DNA from: Alphaproteobacteria bacterium
Lineage (GTDB): Bacteria; Pseudomonadota; Alphaproteobacteria; SP197
Reading direction: 5' to 3'
Length of the DNA stretch: 64,000 bases
Assembly (NCBI GenBank): GCA_965228895.1
Contig: OZ245842.1
Coordinates: 1,312,001-1,376,000, forward strand
Position 1 is the stretch's first letter, and each line of letters opens with the position of its first letter. The notes beneath the pieces were generated by a model that saw nothing but the letters and a program-made list of their open reading frames with translations, was not told the DNA's origin and ran no database searches. Positions 21,427-30,495 of the stretch are shown here, piece after piece. A program made the position numbers and the translations under genes.

Positions 21427-22602
21427 CTAAAGCATGGCCTTGACGATCCGGCGCGACAATTCCAGTGGCGCTTCGTCCCAATAGGGCGAGAACCGGCCGC
21501 CATCATAGCCGGGCGAAAGCCTGCCGCGTTGAAGCCGGGCGATGACGCCAAGATCTTCCTTGTTCAGGTCATGCCAGGTGTCGAACACCGCCTGGCGCTG
21601 GGCGGCGAACTGCTGGCCCTCGGCCGCTTCGCCAATCAGGTAGATGTCGATTTGTTCACGCGAGGTCGCCGGTGTCAGCGGTGTGACAAGGAAGGTCGCG
21701 ATGTGGTCGGGGTAGATCTCAAAGGCGAAGTTCGGCACCGCGACGAACCACATACCGCGCGACGCCAGTTCCTCCGTCAGATCCGGAAAGTAGGGCAGGC
21801 CAACGCCGCGGCCCTCCTCGGGCTCGCGAAACTGATAGAAGTTCCACAACACGTGATCGTCGCACTTGGACGGCTCCCGCTCGGCCATGGGCACGAAGCT
21901 GTGCAGGCGCGGATGCGCGGCGAAGACGTGATAGGGCTCGATGTAGTTCTCCAACGCCAATTTCCAGTTACACGCGACATCGAAATCAAGGGAACCGGCG
22001 TAGCGCGCGGCATCGATGTCATAACCGTCGCAGCGTTGGGCGATCGGCGCGATAAAGTCGTCGAACGACCCGGCTTGGCCATCGATGTTGACGAAGATCC
22101 AATGGTGCCAGACGGCTGTGGCAACCGATTTCAGTCCCGGTCCGCCGCCGTCGGCGATGACGTCGTGCTTGTCACCGCCATGAAAGTGCGGCCGTGTCCT
22201 GAGCGCGCCGGTCAGATCGTAGGCCCAGGCGTGATAGGGGCAGGTCAGCATGGCCAGGCCGCAAGCCTTTTCTTCTAGAAGTGTCGCGCCGCGATGGCGG
22301 CAGACGTTGTGGAAACCGCGCACGACGCCATCCCTATCGCGTACGAGCATGATCGGCATACCGCCAATATCGACCGGCACCGCATCGCCGGGGCCCGGGA
22401 GATCGTGGGTGTAACCGGCAAAACACCAGGTGCGGGCAAAAAGCCGTTCGTTCTCCAACCGCTGCCAGGTCTCGCTGGTGTAGGCGACATTTGGCAGCCC
22501 TGACGCTTCGGCAAGCGGCAGGTCGAGACGCTGGAGCGCGTCGTGGCCCAACATGGCCACGACATCACCCTCAGCCCTTGACCGTTCAGGCGGCACACCC
22601 AT
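21427..22602 (-). CDS. Rieske non-heme iron oxygenase alpha subunit (choline monooxygenase/betaine demethylase-like)
   Basis: NVCRHRG and CPYHAW Rieske motifs; NWKLALENYIEPYHV..AHP mononuclear iron site. Confidence 0.88.
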   Translation of the reverse strand: MGVPPERSRAEGDVVAMLGHDALQRLDLPLAEASGLPNVAYTSETWQRLENERLFARTWCFAGYTHDLPGPGDAVPVDIGGMPIMLVRDRDGVVRGFHNVCRHRGATLLEEKACGLAMLTCPYHAWAYDLTGALRTRPHFHGGDKHDVIADGGGPGLKSVATAVWHHWIFVNIDGQAGSFDDFIAPIAQRCDGYDIDAARYAGSLDFDVACNWKLALENYIEPYHVFAAHPRLHSFVPMAEREPSKCDDHVLWNFYQFREPEEGRGVGLPYFPDLTEELASRGMWFVAVPNFAFEIYPDHIATFLVTPLTPATSREQIDIYLIGEAAEGQQFAAQRQAVFDTWHDLNKEDLGVIARLQRGRLSPGYDGGRFSPYWDEAPLELSRRIVKAML

Positions 22603-22759
22603 CACAACCTCCAGGCTTTGGCGAACATCGAACACCGCTGGGATGAACTGGGGACGGTACTTATACGGATTGTAAAAAAATCGGCAATATGTTAACCCGC
22701 AAAAAAATCGTCGGTCCGAGCTCGATAACCGACCACGCGCGCTATCCGGTGAGATCTCC

Positions 22760-24721
22760 ATGAGCAGCTTTCCCCACCTTTTTTCGCCGGTCGACCTGGG
22801 CGGCTTGACCATCAAGAACCGCCTGTTCTTTCCGCCTCATGGCACGTCGCTGGTCGAAGATGGCAAGGTCGGCGACCGGTTGGTGGCCTATCACGAGGCC
22901 CGTGCGAAGGGCGGTGTCGGATTGGTCATTATCGAGGGCATGTCGATGCACCCCTCGTTCGACAACCCATCGAAATACATCTCCGGCGGCGATCCCGACG
23001 TGGTGCCCGGCTTCTCCCGCTTGGCTCGCTCGCTGCACCGTCATGACTGCAAGCTGTTCGGCCAGTTGTTTCATCCCGGCGCGTCGAACCGCGCGTCGGC
23101 CGACGGGTCCAAGCGGGCGGCCTTTGCGCCATCGGACGTGCCCCATGACCGCTACGGCCTGATCCCCTATCCCGCGCCCGCCGACTGGATCTGGGAGGTC
23201 ATCGAGGCCTATGGCCGGGCTGGCGGGCACATGCGCGAGGCCGGTTTCGATGGTGTCGAGGTATTGGCGAGCATGGGGTATCTGGTCGCCCAATTCCTCA
23301 ACCCGCGCACCAATCTGCGCGATGACGAATTCGGCGGCAGCTTTGAGAACCGCATGCGGTTCCTGTTCGAGGTCCTGAAAGTGATTCGCGCGCGAACCGA
23401 TGCGGAAACCGTCATTGGCGTGCGAGTCTCCGCTGACGAGATGGCAGAGGAAGGCCTCCATGTCGACGAGACCCTGGATATCTGCGACGCGCTCGATGCC
23501 AGCGGCCTGGTGGACTACATCAACGTCATCGGCGGTTACTCGGGTTCCGCGTCGGGATGGCTGCACGTCTTTCCCTCGATGGCCGTGCCGCACGGCTATT
23601 GGGCGCCGCAGGCCGCCGCCATCCGCCAGCGGATTTCGAAGCCCGTCCTGGTCGGTGGCCGCATCAATCAGCCGCAACTGGCCGAAGAGGTTATCGCCCA
23701 GGGTCAGGCGGACATGGTCGGCATGGTGCGCGCGCTGATTTGCGACCCCGACTTGCCGGTCAAGGCCGAGAAGGGGCGATACGACGACATTCGCGCCTGC
23801 ATCGGCTGCAACCAGGCCTGTGTCGGACACCGGCTTTCGTACTATCCGATATCATGCATTCAACATCCGGAGACCGGCCGCGAGACGCAGTTCGCCCATA
23901 ACAAGTCGCTGGCGAGCGAACCGAAAAAGGTGCTTGTCATCGGCGGCGGTCCAGGCGGTATGAAGGCCGCGGCCATCGCCGCCGAGCGTGGCCACGATGT
24001 GACATTGGTCGAAAAAGACAGCCAACTTGGTGGTCAGGCGCGGCTCGCACAGATGCTGCCGGGGCGCGAAGAGTTCGGTGGTATCGTCACCAACTTCGAA
24101 CGGGAAATGGAGGTCGCCGGCGTTAAGGTCGAACGCAACCTGGAGGCCGACGCGGCGTTTGTGCGTGAACGCGCACCCGATGCGGTCATCATCGCCACCG
24201 GTGCCCTGCCGCGCCGTCCCGAGCTGGAAGGTGCCGATGGCGCCCATGTGGTCGATGCCTGGTCCGTCATTCGTGGTGAGGCAAACGTCGGCGGTTCCGT
24301 CGTTATCGCCGACTGGGCGTGTGACTGGATCGGCATCGGGGTCGCCGAAAAGCTCGCGCGGGACGGCTGCCGGGTTCGCCTCGCGGTCAACGGCATCGCG
24401 CCGGGCGCGCAGATTAACGAGATCGTCAGGGATCACGGCATCGGTGATCTGCACAAACTGGGCGTCGAGGTCATCACCCATGCCGGTCTGTTCGGCGCCG
24501 ACGAATCAAGCGTCTACTTCCAGCACACCATCAACCGCGAGCCGATCATCTGTGACGATGTCGACACGCTTGTCCTGGCCCAGGGCCACAACCGCGTGGC
24601 CGATCTGGTCGGGACCTTGGCCGCCATCGGCATGCCCGCTACGCTGATCGGCGACGCGCTCAGCCCGCGCACCGCCGAAGAGGCCGTCCTGGAAGGTCTG
24701 AAAGCGGCCATGGCGCTATGA
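22760..24721 (+). CDS. Multidomain OYE/FAD oxidoreductase (DgcA/HpbA N-demethylase-like)
   Basis: YHEARAKGG, RDDEFGGSFENRMRF, CIGCNQACVGH..ISCIQHPETGRE (Fe-S) and VIGGGPGGM. Confidence 0.85.
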   Translation: MSSFPHLFSPVDLGGLTIKNRLFFPPHGTSLVEDGKVGDRLVAYHEARAKGGVGLVIIEGMSMHPSFDNPSKYISGGDPDVVPGFSRLARSLHRHDCKLFGQLFHPGASNRASADGSKRAAFAPSDVPHDRYGLIPYPAPADWIWEVIEAYGRAGGHMREAGFDGVEVLASMGYLVAQFLNPRTNLRDDEFGGSFENRMRFLFEVLKVIRARTDAETVIGVRVSADEMAEEGLHVDETLDICDALDASGLVDYINVIGGYSGSASGWLHVFPSMAVPHGYWAPQAAAIRQRISKPVLVGGRINQPQLAEEVIAQGQADMVGMVRALICDPDLPVKAEKGRYDDIRACIGCNQACVGHRLSYYPISCIQHPETGRETQFAHNKSLASEPKKVLVIGGGPGGMKAAAIAAERGHDVTLVEKDSQLGGQARLAQMLPGREEFGGIVTNFEREMEVAGVKVERNLEADAAFVRERAPDAVIIATGALPRRPELEGADGAHVVDAWSVIRGEANVGGSVVIADWACDWIGIGVAEKLARDGCRVRLAVNGIAPGAQINEIVRDHGIGDLHKLGVEVITHAGLFGADESSVYFQHTINREPIICDDVDTLVLAQGHNRVADLVGTLAAIGMPATLIGDALSPRTAEEAVLEGLKAAMAL

Positions 24722-24736
24722 CAGGAGCCTGACCTC

Positions 24737-25420
24737 GTGGCCAAACCCGATAGCGACACTGAGAAGGCCGCCGTGCAGGCCGAGCAGGCCGGCGATACCG
24801 ACGCTATCGCGGCACGGCTTGGCCACGATATTCACGGCCTGAGAAAGGCGCGCGGCATGACGCTGGCCGACCTTGCCGAGCGCACGGGTCGTTCGGTCGG
24901 ATTTCTCAGTCAGATCGAAAACGGGCTTAAGAAACCGTCGGTCGGCACGTTGCAAAGTATCAGCGATGCGCTTGGGATCACAATCGGCTGGTTCTTCCAG
25001 AACGATATGGCCGGTGAGGCGGGAGAGCGCCGCTTTATCGTGCGTCACGACCAGCGACGGCGGCTCTCCTATTCCAGTCTCGCGACATCCGATTACCTGG
25101 GCATGAACGATTACCTGGTATCGCCGACGTTGACGGGACAGCACGCGATGGTGCTCAGCGAGTTCGAACCTGGCGCGTCGTCGGGTGACGACACCTATGG
25201 CCATGAGGGCGAGGAGTCCGGATTTCTTCTGTCGGGCGTTCTTGATGTCCAGATCGGTGATGACGTCTACCACTTGGAGCCTGGCGACAGCTTCCTGTTC
25301 GAAAGCCACCTACCGCATCGCTATCACAACCCGGGTGATGAGGTTGCTGTCGTCCTGATGACATTGCTGCCCGTCGCGTTGCGGTACGGGCATTCCGTCG
25401 ACGATGGTGAAGCCGATTGA
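24737..25420 (+). CDS. XRE-HTH plus cupin transcriptional regulator (PuuR-like)
   Basis: LRKARGMTLADLA..SVGFLSQIENG, HEGEE, GDSFLFES..PHRYHNPG. Confidence 0.9.
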   Translation: MAKPDSDTEKAAVQAEQAGDTDAIAARLGHDIHGLRKARGMTLADLAERTGRSVGFLSQIENGLKKPSVGTLQSISDALGITIGWFFQNDMAGEAGERRFIVRHDQRRRLSYSSLATSDYLGMNDYLVSPTLTGQHAMVLSEFEPGASSGDDTYGHEGEESGFLLSGVLDVQIGDDVYHLEPGDSFLFESHLPHRYHNPGDEVAVVLMTLLPVALRYGHSVDDGEAD

Positions 25421-25444
25421 CGTGGTGAGATCAAACGTACGCGT

Positions 25445-26008
25445 TCAGTAAACCTTGATGCGATAGATCTCCGCCTTGCACTGGCAGGTATCGGTGCGGT
25501 CAACACAACGGAACTCTCCGGCGTCGCAGCGCGCCTTCCAGTAGGAATCCATACTCGTCCAGAACTCGTAGCCCAGACGCTCCATCAGTTCCTTCACCTT
25601 TGACGAGCTCGGCCCGCGCCTGAACGTGATGATCAGCTTGTCGGCGCCGTAACCGACGATGTGGTCGTGCAACACGCGCAACAGTTTCGTGCCGATGCCG
25701 GCGCCCCGATGTTCCGGCGAAACCGCAACCGTTTCGATGACACCAAGGCGACCTTTGGCATCCGCCTCGGCGATATCGGCGGGGACATCGCTGATTTGTT
25801 GATCCAGAAAACCGGCAAGGCCGTGTTCGGGCAGAAGCCGGCCGCTGGTGAAACCGATGACCTCGTCACCCTCGGTCGCGACAAGGGCAAGGGTGTCGGG
25901 ATGGCGCCAGTCATCACCGGGCCCCTCGAAGAATCCTTCTCCGAAAATTCGGTCTGTCAAAGCCGTCACTGCCTCCTGCAGGGACGTTCGGTATTCTTCT
26001 ATGCGCAC
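25445..26008 (-). CDS. GNAT family N-acetyltransferase
   Basis: Motif A VAVSPEHRGAGIGTKLL; Cys-rich C-terminus. Confidence 0.8.
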   Translation of the reverse strand: MRIEEYRTSLQEAVTALTDRIFGEGFFEGPGDDWRHPDTLALVATEGDEVIGFTSGRLLPEHGLAGFLDQQISDVPADIAEADAKGRLGVIETVAVSPEHRGAGIGTKLLRVLHDHIVGYGADKLIITFRRGPSSSKVKELMERLGYEFWTSMDSYWKARCDAGEFRCVDRTDTCQCKAEIYRIKVY

Positions 26009-26204
26009 TCTTTTGTCCCCACTCAGCCCACAGCAACGGTGTCATCTGAACACGATGACGCTGCCTTTGGGAAGGCGGATCATCGCGATTGATCTGCAGT
26101 TTCAAGTTGCCGATCTCTAATCGTCCACTATTATTTGTAGGCGTAATTGCGCCTTGTAACCCTAGCTTCAGTCTCTACGTCATAAGGGTGGAGGGAGCTA
26201 AGCG

Positions 26205-26636
26205 ATGAACGTAAACAGTATTCTGCAAACGAAGGGTGACCGAGTCGTAACCGCACGGCCGGATTGGGCCGTGTCCGAACTGGCCCGACAGCTGCGGACC
26301 GAACGGATCGGTGCGCTGGTGGTGAGTGAGGATGACCGGCAAATCGCCGGCATCGTGTCGGAACGCGATATCGTCCGTTGCCTTGCCGAACGTGGCGCCG
26401 CCGCACTCGACTGCCGGGTAAGCGAAATCATGCAGGCCGACGTGGTGACGGTGACACCGGAAGAAGCGATCGAGGACGTCATGGGCAAAATGACCAGCCA
26501 TCGTATTCGCCATCTTCCCGTGGTTGTCGACGGCAAGCTGGCCGGCATCATCAGCATCGGCGACGTGGTGAAACACCGGCTGGAAGCGCTGGAGTCCGAG
26601 ACCCAGGCCATGCGCCACTATATCGCCGGTCACTAA
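26205..26636 (+). CDS. CBS domain protein
   Basis: IGALVV, GIVSERDIVR, RIRHLPVV and GIISIGDVVK. Confidence 0.92.
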   Translation: MNVNSILQTKGDRVVTARPDWAVSELARQLRTERIGALVVSEDDRQIAGIVSERDIVRCLAERGAAALDCRVSEIMQADVVTVTPEEAIEDVMGKMTSHRIRHLPVVVDGKLAGIISIGDVVKHRLEALESETQAMRHYIAGH

Positions 26637-26666
26637 CCGCGGCGGGACCGCCGGCTAACCAGGCAT

Positions 26667-27077
26667 TTATTCGGCCGGCGGCATGTCTTCGAAGGCAGGC
26701 AGGCTGGCGTCCATGACGTCCCATGGCGCCGCGCGCTTTGTGTAGACCACCAGTTGCGGGCGAAACACGGTGGGATCATCAAGACTGGACGCGCGGATGA
26801 AGGCCATGCCGGGCATGCCTGTGTTGCGTGAATAGACTGCCGATCCGCAGGTCGGGCAGAAACCGCGGCTGACGACGTTGCCGCTATCGGCGGGTTTGTC
26901 GAAGAAACTGACCTCGCCGCTAACACCGAAGGCATCCTCCGGCACACCCAGATGACTGCCATGTCCGGTGCCGCTGGTCCGGCGGCAATCGTCGCAATGG
27001 CAATGGCCGGCGATGGCGGGTTCCGCCGATACCTCGTACCTGACGGCGCCGCACAGACAACCTCCCGAAAAACTCAT
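26667..27077 (-). CDS. GFA (glutathione-dependent formaldehyde-activating)/CENP-V family protein
   Basis: GGCLCGAVRY, CHCDDCRR and FCPTCGS. Confidence 0.92.
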   Translation of the reverse strand: MSFSGGCLCGAVRYEVSAEPAIAGHCHCDDCRRTSGTGHGSHLGVPEDAFGVSGEVSFFDKPADSGNVVSRGFCPTCGSAVYSRNTGMPGMAFIRASSLDDPTVFRPQLVVYTKRAAPWDVMDASLPAFEDMPPAE

Positions 27078-27094
27078 GATCGTCTCTCCCTCAA

Positions 27095-27149
27095 TTCACT
27101 TGCGAAATGCAACTTAAACTGAAGTGATTGATTGCATTTGGCAAGTGAA
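27095..27149. promoter_or_regulatory. Inverted pair of operator boxes between the divergent GFA and HxlR genes
   Basis: TTCACTTGCGAAATGCAA (27095-27112) and TTGCATTTGGCAAGTGAA (27132-27149) are 17/18 reverse complements; each box is itself near-palindromic. Confidence 0.7.
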
Positions 27150-27164
27150 ATAAACAATGAGGTG

Positions 27165-27596
27165 ATGAAACGTTCTGATGACACCAGGCGCTCGGACTGC
27201 CCGATCAGCTATGGCCTCGACGTTTTCGGCGACAAGTGGACGCTCCTGGTGCTGCGCGACCTGCTGCTCAAGGGAAAGCGGCACTTCCGCGAGTTCCAGG
27301 CATCCGACGAGAACATCGCCACCAACATCCTCACCGACCGCCTGAAACGGCTTGAAGTCCAGGGTATCATCATGCGGGTTGCCGACCCTGACGACGGCCG
27401 CCAGGTCATCTACCGACCGACGGCGAAGGGCCTCTCTTTGGTCTCCGTCCTTTATGAGATCGCGGCATGGGGTGCGCGCCACGACGCCAAGACCGGTGCG
27501 CCGGATACGTTCCTGAAAGAGTTTGATTCCGATCGCCAAGCCCTGATCGATGCGTGCATTGATGACCTGAAGAAGACATCATCAGGGGAGGGATGA
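27165..27596 (+). CDS. HxlR family winged-helix transcriptional regulator
   Basis: RSDCPI...LDVFGDKWTLLVLRDL, IATNILTDRLK and YRPTAKG; RBS GAGGTG. Confidence 0.9.
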   Translation: MKRSDDTRRSDCPISYGLDVFGDKWTLLVLRDLLLKGKRHFREFQASDENIATNILTDRLKRLEVQGIIMRVADPDDGRQVIYRPTAKGLSLVSVLYEIAAWGARHDAKTGAPDTFLKEFDSDRQALIDACIDDLKKTSSGEG

Positions 27597-27606
27597 AAGG
27601 GGACGC

Positions 27607-28386
27607 ATGACGGACGGTGCCGCCAAGGACTTCGGCGCGATTGAAGCCGACTACGACTTCTTCATTGCGACAACCGACGAAGCCGAACGTGGTCTGGACG
27701 CCCTGCGTCCCTATGTCGACGAGGTCGGCAAGGCCGGTGGGCCGATCCGCATGCTGGACTTCGGCTGCGGCGGCGGCGATTTCTCGACAAAGTTCCTGGA
27801 TCAAGCGGGCTGGCCGCCGAGCCGTTTGAGGCTATCGTTGGTCGAGCCGGTCGACAGTCAGCGTTTGCATGCCGCCGAATGTCTGCAGCACTTTACCGAC
27901 ACGTCGATAGCGCACTGGCCCGCGCTGCCGGAGACGGGTGTCGAGCCCTTTGACCTCATCCTCTCGAACCACGTTCTCTATTACGTACCCGATCTCGCGG
28001 TAACGCTGAAACAACTCACGGCGGCGCTGTCACCCAAGGGCCTCTTACTGATCGCGATGGCAGGCCGCACCAACAGCTTGATCCGGTTCTGGAACTTCGC
28101 CTTCGATACCATGGGCAAAGCGATCCCCTATCACCTGTCCGAAGATCTCGACGACACGCTCGCCAGACTCGGTATTCCTTATCAGCACGAGGTCATCGAG
28201 TACGGCATGCGGTTTCCCGACTCACGCGGAAACCGCATGAAGATCCTGCGCTTCGCCTTGGCCGACCATCTCAAAGAGCTGCCGTTAGAGCCGCTGCTGG
28301 ACCTCTTCGACGACTGGGTCAAAGGCGACCAGATCGACACCCGCACAGTCTTCACGCACTACATCATCCGCACCAACGACCTCTAA
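27607..28386 (+). CDS. Class I SAM-dependent methyltransferase
   Basis: MLDFGCGGG and FDLILSNHVLYYV. Confidence 0.85.
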   Translation: MTDGAAKDFGAIEADYDFFIATTDEAERGLDALRPYVDEVGKAGGPIRMLDFGCGGGDFSTKFLDQAGWPPSRLRLSLVEPVDSQRLHAAECLQHFTDTSIAHWPALPETGVEPFDLILSNHVLYYVPDLAVTLKQLTAALSPKGLLLIAMAGRTNSLIRFWNFAFDTMGKAIPYHLSEDLDDTLARLGIPYQHEVIEYGMRFPDSRGNRMKILRFALADHLKELPLEPLLDLFDDWVKGDQIDTRTVFTHYIIRTNDL

Positions 28387-28389
28387 CAG

Positions 28390-29640
28390 TCAGTCGCTGG
28401 GCGCCATCTCCGGAAGCCCGATGACGCCGTCGCTGGCCAGTTGGTCGATGGCCGCATCGTCATAGCCGAGTGTCTTCAAAAGACCGCGCGTATGCTCGCC
28501 GTATAGGGCCGCCGGTGACTTGGGCCCGCCCGGTGTCTCGGAGAACTTGACCGGCAATCCCAGCGTCTTAACCGCACCAGCGGTCGGGTGGTCGAGGGTG
28601 ACGATCATGTCGCGGGCGAGAGCCTGTTCATCTTCGTGCATGGCGGGGATGGTGTTGAGCGGCCCTGCCGGTACGCCTGCATCATCAAGGGCGCGCAGCC
28701 AGTCCGATGTCGTGCGCGTTCGAAAGATATCGTTCAACACGTCGACGAGTTCGGACAGATGGGTCATGCGTACCTGGTTGGTGCCGAACAGCGTTTCGTC
28801 GCGCAGCCGGTCGTCATCGATCATGTCGACAAACCGTTGCCAGGTCGGGCCGTTCGCCGCGCCCAAGGTGAGCCAGCCGTCCTTGGTCGGAAACGCCTGG
28901 TAGGGCGCGGAGAGTGGATGACCGCTGCCCAGGGGACCGGGCACTTCATCGCTGGAAAACGCGATCGCGGAATGCCAGTAGGTGTGAATGATGCCGGCTT
29001 CAAACAGCGAGGTATCGACCATCTGGCCTTCGCCGGTGCGGTCGCGATGGTGCAGGGCGGCGCACACGCCCATCGCCAGCAGAATGCCGGCGGTGGTGTC
29101 GGTCATCGGCGGACCGGGTTTCACCGGCGGATGGCCGGGACCTTCACCGGTGATGCTCATCAAACCCGCCATGCCTTGGGTGATCAGGTCGAAGCCGGCA
29201 CGTTCCGCATAGGGGCCTGAGCGTCCGAAACCGGACACCGCGCCATAAATCAGGCCCGGATGTTTTTCGTGCAAGACATCCCAACCGAAACCCAGCCGGT
29301 CCATGACACCGGGCCGGTAGTTTTCCAGCACCACGTCGGCCTCGGCAATCAGCCGACCCAGGATGTCGCGAGCCGCTTCCTGTTTCAGGTCCAGCGGCAG
29401 ACTCTTCTTGTTGCGGTTGACGATCATGTGCGGCGCCGAGACGCCATTGATGTTGTAGGGATCGGTATCGGTACGCGCTTCGTCGGCGGCGAAGGGTACG
29501 CGCTCGATCTTGATCACCTCCGCGCCCATGTCGGCCAGCATCAGAGCGCAGACCGGCCCGGCCAGGATGTGGGTCAGGTCGACGACGCGGACGCCTTGCA
29601 GCGGGCCATAGCTTGTGCCGGTCTTAGCTGGCGATGCCAT
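28390..29640 (-). CDS. CoA transferase family III (CaiB/BaiF)
   Basis: PLQGVRVVDL, LADMGAEVIKIE, NRNKKS, ENYRPG and SGFGRSGPY..AGFD. Confidence 0.93.
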   Translation of the reverse strand: MASPAKTGTSYGPLQGVRVVDLTHILAGPVCALMLADMGAEVIKIERVPFAADEARTDTDPYNINGVSAPHMIVNRNKKSLPLDLKQEAARDILGRLIAEADVVLENYRPGVMDRLGFGWDVLHEKHPGLIYGAVSGFGRSGPYAERAGFDLITQGMAGLMSITGEGPGHPPVKPGPPMTDTTAGILLAMGVCAALHHRDRTGEGQMVDTSLFEAGIIHTYWHSAIAFSSDEVPGPLGSGHPLSAPYQAFPTKDGWLTLGAANGPTWQRFVDMIDDDRLRDETLFGTNQVRMTHLSELVDVLNDIFRTRTTSDWLRALDDAGVPAGPLNTIPAMHEDEQALARDMIVTLDHPTAGAVKTLGLPVKFSETPGGPKSPAALYGEHTRGLLKTLGYDDAAIDQLASDGVIGLPEMAPSD

Positions 29641-30416
29641 CAGCTTCCCCGGAAAACGGGTTTTTCCTTGGCGGCGAACGCCTCGCGGCCAATCCGAAAG
29701 TCATCGGTCTCAAAGCATTGATAGGCCTCGTCACGCTCGGCATCGCTAAGCGGTGTCGGGTCCAAGAGACGGTTGACGAACTTCTTATGCCAGCGCGCCG
29801 ACAGCGGCGCTTTCTCAGCAATGTTGCGGGCCGTCTGGTACGTCACCGCTTCGACCTCGTCATCGTCGACCACGCGGTTCACCAAGCCCATCTGCAGCAC
29901 CCGTTCGGCGCCGATCATCTCGCCTTCCAAAAGGAACTCCAGCGCACCGGCCGGGCCGACCAGCCGGGCCAGGGCCGCGATCTCACCATGGCTATAGGTG
30001 ATCCCAAGTTTGCCGGCGGGCACCGCGAAACGGGCTGACCGGCCGGCGATCCTGAGGTCGCAATAGGGGATGAGGCCGAGGCTACCACCGACGCAGTAGC
30101 CTTTGATCATCGCGATAACCGGATGGCGGCAGCGCGCCAGACCTTCGCCCCAGTTGGCGTCATAGCTGCGTGCCTGATCGGGGTTCGAACGGGCCTCGCC
30201 AAACTCTTTGATGTCGGCGCCGACTCCGAAAGCACGGTCGCCGGCGCCGCGCAGCACGATGCAGCGGATGTCATCATCGGCCGACAGCGTGTGGAACACA
30301 TCCGACAGGCCGCGTGCGGTCACCTGATCGAGTGCGTTGAGCCGCTCGGGCCGATTGACGGTCACGGTGACGATGGTGTCGTCGCGCGCGACGATCAGAC
30401 TCTCGGGCACAGTCAT
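29640..30416 (-). CDS. Enoyl-CoA hydratase/isomerase family protein
   Basis: NRPERLNAL, AFGVGADI, PVIAMIKGYCVGG and CDLRIA. Confidence 0.9.
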   Translation of the reverse strand: MTVPESLIVARDDTIVTVTVNRPERLNALDQVTARGLSDVFHTLSADDDIRCIVLRGAGDRAFGVGADIKEFGEARSNPDQARSYDANWGEGLARCRHPVIAMIKGYCVGGSLGLIPYCDLRIAGRSARFAVPAGKLGITYSHGEIAALARLVGPAGALEFLLEGEMIGAERVLQMGLVNRVVDDDEVEAVTYQTARNIAEKAPLSARWHKKFVNRLLDPTPLSDAERDEAYQCFETDDFRIGREAFAAKEKPVFRGS

Positions 30417-30495
30417 GGGTTTTCTTCCGGCTATCGGGCGAGAACGCAGTCTGGACCGAGGATCGTCTCACCGGCAAGTCGTAGCCGAATGGATT

